64,000 nt of DNA, taken from contig CM119269.1 of the NCBI GenBank assembly GCA_051294375.1, forward strand, positions 11,638,883 through 11,702,882. The letters run 5' to 3'. Origin of the DNA: Paraspadella gotoi (lineage: Eukaryota; Animalia; Chaetognatha). Position numbers and translations under genes: made by a program. This document shows positions 37,998 through 51,613 of the stretch, in pieces. The notes beneath the pieces were generated by a model, which ran no database searches, was not told the origin of the DNA, and worked only from the letters and a program-made list of their open reading frames with translations. How positions within the stretch are numbered: the stretch's first letter is position 1; each line of letters opens with the position of its first letter.

Positions 37998-40900
37998 CTT
38001 TCCCATTTTGGCGCGGGATCGTTCTTCTGCGTTCATAATTAGATTATTTCTCCGAACTCTTTAAGGACTCGTTCTCGTTCTAGAGAATTCTTTTTATTTC
38101 ATTTCCCCGACAATCTAGCGACGCTTAACGATCGGACTTCCTTCAAAAGCGTTACGCCTTTGGGTTCAACGAAAGGGTGGGAAAACGGTTTTCGACGACC
38201 GATTTGGAAGTCATCGTTTTCTCGTTCCCCGATCGGTTGAATTTCGTTTCTTCGTTCCCGATCGGCTTAATTCGGTCATCGTCGTTATCGTCGATGTGAG
38301 AAATTTGGAAGGCGTGAGAGGAGAGAGAAAAAAACCAGCTTACCTTGCTTGGTTTTGTTTTGTCTTTAAACTTGTTTGACTCTAGTTTTGTTTTTGTCCT
38401 GTTTTTGCTGTTGTTTTAATTTGTCTTAGTTTTGTTTTATTTTGGTTCTATTTTCGTTTTGAGATTGTCTTATAAATGTTTTGTTCATAGTTCTTTTTCT
38501 GATTTTGTTAAATGATGTTCTGGTTAATTCTGGTTGTTGTTTTGTTGTTTTGGTTGGATTCCGGTTGGGCTTTCCATAATACTTTCATCAGTGAATCAAT
38601 TCTAACGATCGGTTAAAAAAAATTGTACGAAGGTGTGTGAAATTCTATGTTCATGATTTCAACTTTTAAAGTTCGAACTTAATTTTTACATCAGACGGAG
38701 CAAATATATTATCTTTTGCCTTGTGATTGTATTAAGGTGGACACTCAAGATAGGACGTCCTTTGGACTGGAGAAAAAGATCCGTTTACCACCCTTGATCG
38801 AGAAAAAAATGAGAGAGAGAGAGCCGAGAGAGAGAGAGAGAGAGAGAGAGTCGTTATATTACGTAAAAGTTTTAGTTTGAAATTTAAAGTATTTTTAGTC
38901 GGATCTGCTTATCAGCAGATCCCGACTCTATAATATTCACTTTGTCGGTCCGTCGGTCCACCCCCTCAATCTTATCGGGCATTCACTTATATCATGTCAG
39001 AACATTGAATTTTGAATAAACTATGCAAGTTTTTGAAATTTTTACAACAATTTTATTTGTAAATCGTTGTAAAAAATTCAAAAAATTTGCTAATCTCTTA
39101 CAACAGAAGGATTATATTATGATAAATTATGCGGTCCGTCCGTCGAAAGTGTGTAATTGTAGAATTGTGGAATTGTGCGCGTGAAATGAGTCGAAATGGA
39201 AAAAAAAAAAAAAAAAAAAAAAAATTATTATTTGAACGCCAAATTACGCACGAGTGGATAGGGCGATTGACTTATATTTTTGTATGTGGATAGGAAAGTG
39301 TGTGATTAAGCTGGAACCAAGTATCGATGGAATCGTCTGAGTGGAAATGAGTTTAAATGGAAAAATCAAAAAACTGTTTCACTAATTGATTATGCTTCTT
39401 TTTTCTTTCTATATGAAATATAAATGCTATGTATTATAATCAAATAATTTAATCACGTAATTAATCAAATTAGTAATTAAATTAATCAATAATAGTCAAT
39501 AATAATTAATCAATAATCAGTCAATTTATTATTCAATAATTCAATTCTTTATACTATTACTAAATTATTCAATCAATTTATTTATCATTAATTAATATTC
39601 AATCCATCAATTTATTTATCAATTAATTAATTCTTCAATCAATCAATCAATCAAGTCGTTGGTCACTGACGAAAAGGACCTAAAAAAAACATTTTTGGCG
39701 ATCAATTAATTATTAATGCCTAATTAATTAGTTACCTTAAATTAATTAATAAATTAATTAATAAATTATAGTTAAATTAATTAATTAATTAATTAAACAA
39801 TTTAATTAATAATTTAAATTATTTATTAATTAATAAATTAAATAATTACTGCTAATGATCGTGGGCAGATCCGACATTGTTTGCTCAAACTTGTTTTTTA
39901 TCAGACACTTTTAATTTAAAAATTTCATGTACCACGGGAAAACCATGTTTAAAGATGGGTTAAATATATATATATAACATAAGGTCATGTTTTAATGCGT
40001 CACTAAAAATGACCAAAAAAGCACTTAATAAAAAGATGACAGCTGCTCGTTCTCATTTGAAGTGTTTAGACTTTGCCGACTCACTATTAAAATGTTCCTT
40101 TCCCACGATGAGGTGTGTTTTTATAATATTTGTAAACCTATTGCATGGGGGGAAAATAGTTCTTTAATTCGAAATAGTACTCTTGACTCAACATATGAAA
40201 CTAAAATTTAATTATCACCATGATTTTTTCAATTTTTAACACAGACGTGATTTCGAAATTTCATGCGGAATTGTGAATATCCTATTTTTTGAAAATTTAA
40301 ACTTCTTTTACCTTTTAACTTTTTAAACTTTTTCTCCAGCTGATTTTTAGCTACTGTTTTGGGGCGATTCGCCTATTTTACTACCCTGTAAAAAAAAATA
40401 AAACTAGACGGAAAGAGATTAGGACGACGACTACGAGTTAAAACAACATCGTTCAACAATCCTTTTAAAAGCTTTTTTCCTACATAAAAAAAAAGTAAAC
40501 CTGGACGTAAAATTTCTTTGACATGTTTTTCAATTTTTCCTTTTTCAGATTTCACAACAAACAGGTCTACTTTCAAATGGGCTTGAAAAAACTCGTTCAT
40601 CGGCCAGACGGGAAAGGATTTAAGGAAGGACATCCTGGTCAGTTTTTCTATACGTTTTTGATTGCATTGCCATATTTCCAAAAGTGCCCTATCCAAGATT
40701 AAAATTAGAATTTTAAGTAAGTTTATAAGGTAAAAAAAACAAGATCGGTTCATCCAATGTGTTGCGCCGCAGTAACTTTATTTCCATTTAATATAAATGA
40801 TATGACATGACAATAAAATCTTTTGAGCCCGTATATATATAACATGCACTGCCATCGAAATTCTATTTTTTATTCCTTATAATTTTAGAATTTCATGAAA

Positions 40901-43900
40901 GAGGTGCTAGCAGTCCCTTAGATTTATGGTTTTTTGCTCTTAATAAATGAGCCACCAATATAAGCAAATTAAGCATTTTAATGCAAGTGGGATAGACCGA
41001 TGGACAGACATACGATAGACTGACAGACCGTCTGACCAACCGACCGCTATTACTCGCGGCATTTAGTTATAACTAAAAAGATTTGGAGTTAGTTTAAGGT
41101 TAATAATTGAGTTAAGTTAAGTTAAGACATTAGGAACAGAAATTAACCTCTTTCAGAAAATAGTGCCTATTTTTGGACCGAAATTTTTATTCTTAAATCC
41201 AGAAAGTCTCTTTCACACTGTTAACTTTCCCCCGCCTTGTCATATTTACAAAAAAAAACATCGAATCTCTCACAAATGCATATTCCACCCACACACATAC
41301 CAAACCATTCTCACACAGATGAAGGTGGACGATAAAAAAATCGATCTGCCTCCAGTAGAAGAATCATAATTCTCAACATCTTGTCTTGGGCTTCTGGGTG
41401 CCAACCCTTGGCGGACCAGGGGAAGACGACCATTTCGAAGGTGAGTTGGTTCAGTGTGTTATCCTTTTTTGAGAAAACATAATCTTGGATGTAAGAATAA
41501 TAAGTACTTAAGGTCGACTTTAAAATGTAAACTACATTTCGAAGCACTTTTTGGGTTTTCTTTGTCAACGGAAAATACTTTTTTTTTTGCGTATGAACAC
41601 TTCCTGCTTAAATAGATTAACAGTGCAAAATCAAAATTATGTTTTCTTGAAACAAAAAAATTCATTATTTCCTACCTTAATTAATTATAACTAACGAAAT
41701 TTAAAAAATCACCATTAAAATCGGCCCAAATAATTGTAAAAATTTTAAAAATTGTAAATTTATACGAACATCGTTGATTTTAAAACTACTGTAAACTTTA
41801 GTAAACCAGCTTTGTCTTCGTCTTTGTCTCGTTCCTCGCCGCTTCATCGTCCTTTGTCCTCTGTTAATCTGTAAATGTCTATTGTCATTTTGCTTACTAT
41901 TTTCTCTCTCCCTACTACCGCCCTCTTCAGCCGAATCACTACGACGGTTAAATTCGAAATCGTGGAGTCAATTGGCGTAATTCACATGGGAGGAATTAAA
42001 AGTAGACTCAGTTCCGGCGTCAGGATCGCGCAGGGCGGAACACGTTAGTTATTCTATTCTATTTTTATATTGTTTCATCTTTGTATGATAGAATGAATTG
42101 ATAATCAATCTATTTAACGAAAACCCGTGTAATTAAAGTACTAATTACTTATTATTTAAAAAAGGCCGAACACATAACTTTAAAATTTTTTTTTTAAAAA
42201 CTAAAGCTAATCAAATTCGCAATCAATTCATGAAGGAAAATAACTCGTTAAATTAAACTGTGAAAAATTTATTCAATAAATTTATTAAATCGAAATCATA
42301 AAACCAAATGTACAAATGAAAATCTCAATATTAATTCTAGCTTTTTTGGAAACAATCGTTTTTATCCTCCATCGATTGATAGAAAAGTATATGTAGTTGA
42401 TCTATAGTTGGTCTATATATAAAATAATATCTGCAAAGTTCCCCCCTACAAACTTCAGCTCCACATCCATTCCTGACCGAGGTTCCCGGTCCAAGTTGAC
42501 GGTGAACCCTGGACTCAGCCGCAAGGTTACGTGACCATCGCGAGGACGCCACTTTGCGCCACCATGTGAAAAAGCCCAAGAAGAGGATGAGAAGACGGAA
42601 TACGGGTGAATTTGGGGGGGGGGTGGAGAGAAGAAGGGTGGATGGGAATGAGGCTTGCATCTGAGAATATGAATAAGTATGATCAGATGAACAGATTTGA
42701 GTCAATTAACAATAATAATTTTATGCGAGATGGTTATGATTATTGAATAAAAAATATTTTGTTAATATTGTTTCGGGATCAGAAAAGCGAAAATACAATA
42801 TATTTATAGTGTTATCTTAATAAAATAAGATATTTCAAAAAGCATTTTTTTAAAATTTTTATTACAGATTCAGATTTCTCATTTAAAAGTTAGACCAAAA
42901 ATTAAAACATGTTATCATAAATTTATTTGTCTTTAGTGTCAAAATTGGAAAAAAAGGTCAAAATTCTTAACTTTTTAACTCCTGTCGTAGGAAACTATTA
43001 TATGATAAACCGTTTTTATCGTTTTTGAAGCTTTTAACATTAAAATATCATATAACATATTTTATANNNNNNNNNNNNNNNNNNNNNNNNNAAAAGTTAA
43101 GAATTTTGACCTTTTTTCCAATTTTGACACTAAAGACAAATAAATTTATGATAACATGTTTTATATTTTTGGTCTAACTTTNNNNNNNNNNNNNNNNNNN
43201 NNNNNNAGAGAGATAAAACCTTAAAAAATTATCATCATCATCATTATTGGCTGAAATTTATTTTTTAAATTTCATTTAATAAACAAAAAAAAAAAGTTGT
43301 ATTAATAACCTTTATCTAACTTTTAAGCTCTATCAAGAATCTATAAAAAAATTGATAAGCAAATTTTAAAAATTATTTTCATTTTCATATTATTTAATAG
43401 TCGCTTACCATTAACCATTAACCATTTGAGAGAACTTTTAGTTTTCAACCTGTTCCGGCCTAATATCTAGCCAAAAATGAACACTTTTTATAATCCTAGT
43501 TCTCTTTAAAAATTTTTTTTCCTTTATCACTACTAATCGATTTTCAATGTAACTTTTTGATTTAGTTCATTGGGTTGTTGCACTGAAGCTTTTAAATATT
43601 TATTAATATATAATAATTATATAAAGTTTTGACGGAATTGTGCAGTGGAATGAAGTTTAGATGGAAAAACATAAGTCACATTTACTTGAATCTTTATATT
43701 AAAATGATGCAAGTTAAAAAAATCTTAAAAGCATAAAGCAATTGCATAAAAAGTGAGAGAGAGAGAGAGAGAGAGAGACAAGGAGACATAAAATAAAATA
43801 AAAGGATATTTGTTTGTTTTGATAAAATGTAAACAAAACATATTTAATAACTGTCCTAACCCAATTTTAAAGGACATCGATGATGATAAGTTGAATATAA

Positions 43901-46900
43901 ATTTAAAATTAATTATTACATATTAAAATTAATTAATTAATTATTCGATTAATTAATTAAATTAATTATAATCCGACATTGTTTTGCTCAAACTTGTTTT
44001 TTAAATTTTACTAACAGATTCGATTGTCAGAAAAAAATAAGAAACTTTTTATAAAATATGTTATATGATATTTTAATGTTAAAGCTTCAAAAAACGATAA
44101 AAACGGTTTATCATATAATAGTTTCCTACGACAGGAGTTAAAAAGTTAAGAATTTTGACCTTTTTTCCAATTTTGACACTAAAGACAAATAAATTTATGA
44201 TAACATGTTTTAATTTTTGGTCTAACTTTTATGAGAAATCTGAATCTGTAATAAAAATTTTAAAAAAATGCTTTTTGAAATATCTTATTTTATAAGGATA
44301 ACACTATAAATATATTGTATTTCGCTTTTCTGATCCCGAAACAATATTAACAAAATATTTTTTATTCAATATATCATAACCATCTCGCATAAAATTATTA
44401 TTGTTAATTGACTCAAATCTGTTCATCTGATCATACTTATTCATATTCTCAGATGCAAGCCTCATTCCCATCCACCTTCTCCTCTCCCACCCCCCCCCCC
44501 CAAATTCACCCGTATTCCGTCTTCTCATCCTCTTCTTGGGCTTTTTCAACATGGTGGCGCAAAGTGGCGTCCTCGCGATGGTCACGTAACCTTGCGGCTG
44601 AGTCCAGGGTTCACCGTCAACTTGGACCGGGACCTCGGTCAGGAATTGGATGTGGAGCTGAAGTTTGTAGGGGGGACTTTGCAGATATTATTTTATATAT
44701 AGACCAACTAGATCAACTACATATACTTTTCTATCAATCGATGGAGGATAAAACGATTGTTTCCAAAAAAGCTAGAATTAAATATTGAGATTTTCATTTG
44801 TACATTTGGTTTTATGATTCGATTTAATAAATTTATTGAATAAATTTTTCACAGTTAATTTAACCGAGTTATTTTCCTTCATGAATTGATTGCGAATTTG
44901 ATTAGCTTAGTTTTTAAAAAAAATTATTAAAGTTATGTAGTTCGGCCTTTTTTTAATAATAAGTAATTACGTACTTTAATTACACGGGTTTTCGTTAAAT
45001 AGATTGATTTATCAATTCATTCTATCATACAAAGATGAAACAATATAAAAATAGAATAGAATAACTAACGTGTCCGCCCTGCGCGATCCTGACGCCGGAA
45101 CTGAGTCTACTTTTAATTCCTCCCATGTGAATTACGCCATTGACTCCCACGATTTCGAATTTACCGTCGTAGTGATTCGGCTGAAGAGGGCGGTAGTAGG
45201 GAGAGAGAATAGTAAGCAAAATGACAATAGACATTTACAGATTAACAGAGGACAAAGGACGATGAAGCGGCGAGGAACGAGACAAAGACGAAGACAAAGC
45301 TGGTTTACTAAGTTTACAGTAGTTTTAAAATCAACGATGTTCGTATAAATTTACAATTTTTAAAATTTTTACAATTATTTGGGCCGATTTTAATGGTGAT
45401 TTTTTAAATTTCGTTAGTTATAATTAAATTAAGGTAGGAATAATGAATTTTTTTGTTCAAGAAAACATAATTTTATGATTTTGCACTGTTAATCTATTTA
45501 AGCAGGAGAGTGTTCATACGCAAAAAAAAAAGTATTTCCCGTTGACAAAGAAAACCCAAAAGTGCTTCCGAAATGTAGTTTACATTTTAAAGTCGACCTT
45601 AAGTACTTATTATTCTTAACATCCAAGATTATGTTTCTCAAAAAAGGGATAACACACTGAACCAACTCACCTTCGAGAAATGGTCGTCTTCCCCTGGTCC
45701 CCAAGGGTTGGCACCAGAAGCCCAAGACAAGATGTTGAGAATTATGATTCCTTCTACTGGAGGCAGATCGATTTTTTTATCGTCCACCTTCATCTGTGTG
45801 AGAATGGTTTGGTATGTGTGTGTGGTGGATATGCATTTGTGAGAGATTCGATGTGTTTTTTTGTAAATATGACAAGGCGGGGGAAAGTTACAGTGTGAAA
45901 GAGACTTTCTGGATTTGAAGAAAAAAAATTTCGGTCCAAAAATAGGCACTATTTTCTGAAAGAGGTTAATTTCTGTTCCTAATGTCTTAACTTAACTTAA
46001 CTCAATTATTAACCTTAAACTAACTCCAAATCTTTTTAGTTATAACTAAATGCCGCGGAGTAATAGCGTCGGTTGGTCAGACGGTCTGTCAGTCTATCGG
46101 TATGTCTGTCCATCGGTCTATCCCACTTGCATTAAAATTGCTTAATTTGCTTATATTTGGTGGCTCATTTATTAAGACAAAAAACCATAAATCTAAGGGA
46201 CTGCTAGCACCTCTTTCATGAAATTCTAAAATTATAAGGAATAAAAAATAGAATTTCGATGCAGTGCATGTTATATATATACGGGCTCAAAATTTTATTG
46301 TCATGTCATATCATTTATAATTAAATGGAAATAAAGTTACTGCGGCGCAACACATTGGATGAACTTTTTTTACCTTATAAACTTACTTAATTCTAATTTT
46401 AATCTTGGATAGGGCACTTTTGGAAAATATGGCCAAAATGCATCAAAAACGTATAGAAAAACTGACCAGGATGTCCTTCCTTAAATCCTTTCCCGTCTGG
46501 CGATGAACGAGTTTTTTCAAGCCCATTTGAAAGTAGACCTGTTTGTTGTGAAATCTGAAAAAGGAAAAATGAAAAACATGTCAAAGAAATTTTTACGTCC
46601 AGGTTTACTTTTTTTTATGTAGGAAAAAAAGCTTTTAAAGGATTGTTGAACGATGTTGTTTTAACTCGTAGTCGTCGTCCTAATCTCTTTTCCAGTCTAG
46701 TTTTATTTTTTTTTACAGGGTAGTAAAATAGGCGAATCGCCCCAAAACAGTAGCTAAAAATCAGCTGGAGAAAAAAGTTTAAAAAGTTAAAAGGTAAAAG
46801 AAGTTTAAATTTTCAAAAATAGGATATTCACAATTTCCGCATGAAATTTCGAAATCACGTCTGTGTTAAAAATGAAAAAATCATGGTGATAATTAAATTT

Positions 46901-49900
46901 TAGTTTCATATGTTGAGTCAAGAGTACTATTTCGAATTAAAGAACTATTTCCATGCAATAGGTTTACAAATATTATAAAAACACACCTCATCGTGGGAAA
47001 GGAACCATTTTAATAGTGAGTCGGCAAAGTCTAAACACTTCAAATGAGAACGCAGCTGTCATCTTTTTATTAAGTGCTTTTTTGTCATTTTTAGTGACGC
47101 ATTTAAAACATGACCTTATGTTATATATATATATTTAACCCATCTTTAAACATGGTTTTCCCGTTGGTACATGAAATTTTTATATTAAAAGTGTCTGACT
47201 AAAAAACAAGTTTGAGCAAACAATGTCGGATCTGCCCACGATCATTAGCAGTAATTATTTAATTTATTAATTAATAAATAATTTAAATTATTAATTAATT
47301 GTTTAATTAATTAATTAATTAATTAATTTAACAAATAATTTATTAATTAATTTATTAATTAATTTAAGGTAACTAATTAATTAGGCAATTAATTAATTAA
47401 TTTGATCCAAAATGTTTGTTTTTAGGTCTTTTCGTCAGTGACCACGACTTGATTGATTGATTGATTGAAGAATTAATTAATTGATAAATAAATTGATGGA
47501 TTGAATAATTAATTAATGATAAATAAATTGATTGAATAATTTAGTAATAGATAAATGAATTGAATTATTGAATAATAAATTGACTGATTATTGATTAATT
47601 ATTATTGACTAATTATTGATTAATTAATTGACTAATTGATTAATTACGTGATTAATTATTTGATTAATAATACATAGCATTTATATTTCATATAGAAAGA
47701 AAAAGAAGCATAATCAATTAGTGAAACAGGTTTTTTGATTTTTCCATTTAAACTCATTTCCACTCAGACGATTCCATCGATACTTGGTTTCCAGCTTAAT
47801 CACACACTTTCCTATCCACATACAAAATATCAAGTCAATCGCCCTATCCACTCGTGCGTAATTGGCGTTCAAATAATAATTTTTTTTTTTTTTTTTTTTT
47901 TTTTCCATTTCGACTCATTTCCACGCGCACAATTCCACAATTCTACAATTACACACTTCGGACGGACGGACGCATAATTTATCATAATATAATCCTTTCT
48001 GTTGTAAGAGATTAGCAAATTTTTTGAATTTTTTACAACGATTTACAAATAAAATTGTTGTAAAAATTTCAAAAACTTTGCATAGTTTATCAAAATTCAA
48101 TGTTCTGACATGATATAAGTGAATGCCCGATAAGATTGAGGGGGTGGACCGACGGACCGACAAAGTGAATTATAGAGTCGGGATCTGCTGATAAGCAGAT
48201 CCGACTAAAAAAAATACTTTTAAATTTCAACTAAAACCTTTTACGTAATATAACGACTCTCTCTCTCTCTCTCTCTCTCTCGCTCTCTCTCTCTCATTTT
48301 TTTCTCGATCAGGGTGGTAAACGGATCTTTTTCTCCGTCCAAAGGACGTCCTATCTTGAGTGTCACCTTAATACAATCACAAGGCAAAAGATAATACTAT
48401 TTGCTCCGTCTGATAGTAAAAATTAAGTTCGAACTTTAAAGTTGAAATCATGAAACATAGAATTTCACACACCTTCGTACAATTTTTTTTTAACCGATCG
48501 TTAGAATTGATTCACTGATGAAAGTATTATGGAAAGCCCAACCGGAATCCCAACCAAAACAAAACAACAAAACCAGAATTAAACCAGAACATCATTTAAC
48601 AAAATCAGAAAAAGAACTATGACAAAACATTTATAAGACAATCTCAAAACGAAAATAGAACCAAAATAAAACAAAACTAAGACAAATTAAAACAACAGCA
48701 AAAACAGGACAAAAACAAAACTAGAGTCAAACAAGTTTAAAGACAAAACAAAACCAAGCAAGGTAGCTGGTTTTTTTTCTCTTCCTCTCACGCCTTCCAA
48801 ATTTCTCACATCGACGATAACGACGATGACCGAATTCAGCCGATCGGGAACGAAGAAACGAATTCAACCGATCGGGGAACGAAGAAAACGATGACTTCCA
48901 AATCGGTCGTCGAAACCGTTTTCCCACCCTTTCGTTGAACCCAAAGGCGTAACGCTTTTGAAGGAAGTCCGATCGTTAAGCGTCGCTAGAATTGTCGGGG
49001 AAATGAAATAAAAAGAATTCTCTAGAACGAGAACGAGTCCTTAAAGAGTTCGGAGAAATAATCTAATTATGAACGCAGAAGATGACGATCCCGCGCCAAA
49101 ATTGGGAAGAGACTCTCTCTCTCTCTCTCTCTCTCTTCTCTCCTCTCTCTCTCTCTCTTCTCTCCTCCCTCTCCAAAAATTTTGGATATCTTCATCTCTC
49201 ACACCGTATCACCGCTTTATTTCTTCTGGCCGACTTTACGTTTTAAGATACAATTTAATGACTTTTTTTGGAGAAACTGGTTTCTGCTTTTTTTTCTCAA
49301 ATTTCTTTTGCTCACGTGAATTTACTGCTTAGAACAATTTTTAAGAAAATATCATATGTAAAACCTCTCAGACCATATCAGAACACTAGTTAATTTACGT
49401 TTTTTATAATTAAAAATGATAATTTGTGGTAATTTTTTTTTTTTTTTGAAAATTAAACGATTACTCAAAATATCAATTGGAAAAACTGTTTTTTATTTAT
49501 TTATTTCTTTTTTAAATTTTACTTCTAAAGATATTTGTCATTACAAAAAATATAGTCTAAAACTAAACAAAGTTTCATTCAACGAGTTGTCCAAATCGAT
49601 CATTTTCCCTTAAATGATTTTTTTTCTTTCGTCCCTGCCTTTCTTTTAATCTTATTAAAAGTTTTTCTTTTTTTTTGTTTAAAGAAAATTACTTTTTAAC
49701 GAAAGTTTGCGACGTTTTCTCTCTTCGATTTGATGAGGCAAAAAAAAGGAGATAGAAAAAAAATCTTGAGCCTCATTTATTTAAACTGTTAAAGTTACTT
49801 TTTTCCGACGAATTTCGGATTAAAAAAATATAAATGAACTGAAAAAAAAAATAAAATGGAAGAAGCAGCCATTTCGGTGGAAAAGTAAGCTTGTGCGACT

Positions 49901-51581
49901 TCAACCTCGCAAAACAACCAAAAATGTTTTTTTCCCCATTTTGATAACATTTTCCAAAAACGCCCCATTTTCAGCTTGAATTTAAAATAAGATTAATTAT
50001 TAGGAATAAACGATTAGGTTAAGGGTTAGGGTCGGGATTGGGTTAGGGTAGATGGTTAGGTATATTATATCAGAGTTAAGGGAAAGGCTTAGGTTTAGGG
50101 TTTAAGATTATTAGGTTATGAGGTTAAGAATTCGGTTTGACATTAAGATTAAAATGACGTTTAAGGATTAAGAAACAGAAAAAAGGCGATTTTGGAAAAT
50201 AGCATCGAATATTATGATGTCCTTTTATTTTTTCCTCACTCAGCAACAACGACGACTCCAAATCCTCACCGCCTTCTTACGAAGAATCGCAACTTCGCGT
50301 GTCTCTCGTTCCGCCGTCGACGTCGGCGGCGCCACCGTCGTCCATAGAATCGACGGAAAACAAAGATGGCGGAAAATCGAGACGCGTCACGATCGAGAAC
50401 AGAGTCGCGCCAGAGGGCGGTGAGTGTTAGCATCAATTAGTCCATTCATTTGTTAGTCGGTCAGTCAATCCGTGTTTCGTCGGTCTTTTGTCTATTATTT
50501 AAAATTTTTATTTAAAAAAAACGGTAAGTCCCAGCCAAACCTATAAAAGCGTAGTAGTTTTTATATAAAAACAGCGTGACGCCGACAACGACGACGATGA
50601 CGACGACGACGACGGCACAAAGAAGCTGAACTGAATCAATATCGAGCCTGAACCGGCTTCGCCGGTAGGCTCGATAAAATCTACTAGGTTTGGCTGGGAC
50701 TTACCGTTTTTTTTTAATAAAAATTTTAAATAAAATTTTTAAATAAAAATTATTATGAATTATGATAAAGTTTTACAAAAGTGTGCGATCATAGTAAGTT
50801 AAAAATTTAGATATGGCTTCTCATCTTGAAATAGCTTTGATATTTTCTTATTACATTTGGATTTAAGTATTATTTGTTTGAATTTCCACTTCATTATGAT
50901 TTACTGTAATATGCAAATGAGATTATAGTACTCATTATAATATCCAAATTAGTATATAGAAATGCTTTAATCTAATTTACATATTGCAGTATATAATATT
51001 GAAGATGAAATTCAAAGAAAAAAAATTTTAAATCTATAATAAAAATGGGAAATCAAAGGACCTTTTTAATGAGAAGTTATATCTTAATTTTAATACAAAT
51101 AAAAAGAAAATCTTTTACAAGCTATGATTGGAAAAAAATTGTAACAATTTCCAATTGTAAACAATTGTAACATTTTTTTTCCTTTCTTTTATTTCTTTAA
51201 ATTATATACGTATGTATTTTTCTTCCTATTTTTGTCAGTTGCTGCTTCTTCTGAACCCTTTAAAAACGAGTTCAGGCTCTGCAGTGATTGTACAACTGCC
51301 TTCCAGCGGCCGTCCAGCTTTCTCTCTTTCTCTCTCTGTCTCTGTCTGTCTCTTTCTTTCTCTTTCTGTCTCTCTCTGTCTCTCTCTCTCTGTCTCTGTC
51401 TCTCTCCCTCTCTCTGTACGATCTCTTGCGTGATCGTTTTTTGAAAAATTTTGATTATTTTTTTCCTTTTAAAAACTTTTATTATCGCCATTTATTCTGC
51501 GCTTTTTTCTCAATGCAAAATCCCAAATTTACATACGAAATTTTAGTGCATTTATTCTCTTTCTTTCTCTCTCTCTTTCTT

Positions 51582-51613
<32 letters not shown>

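Larger units (their letters stand above)
31363..43066 (-). repeat. Inverted duplicate of 44050-53114 (plus an extra 2.56 kb insertion)
   Basis: Collinear reverse-complement match including four DGK exons (40548-42606, with indels) and SLC6 exons (36680-36855; 31363-31556, truncated). 30997-31362 repeats 43682-44049 directly. Confidence 0.92.

Noticed and set aside
48514-48540. Hammerhead at CTGATGA...GAAA
   Set aside because: No stem II, and no stem III or cleavage triplet.
48528-49110. SLC6 start exon
   Set aside because: The candidate donor (AAG/GTA) and ATGs do not give an open, phase-compatible frame in either copy.
50015-50125. Telomere (TTAGGG-like; mirror at 36975-37080)
   Set aside because: Short, degenerate and interstitial.
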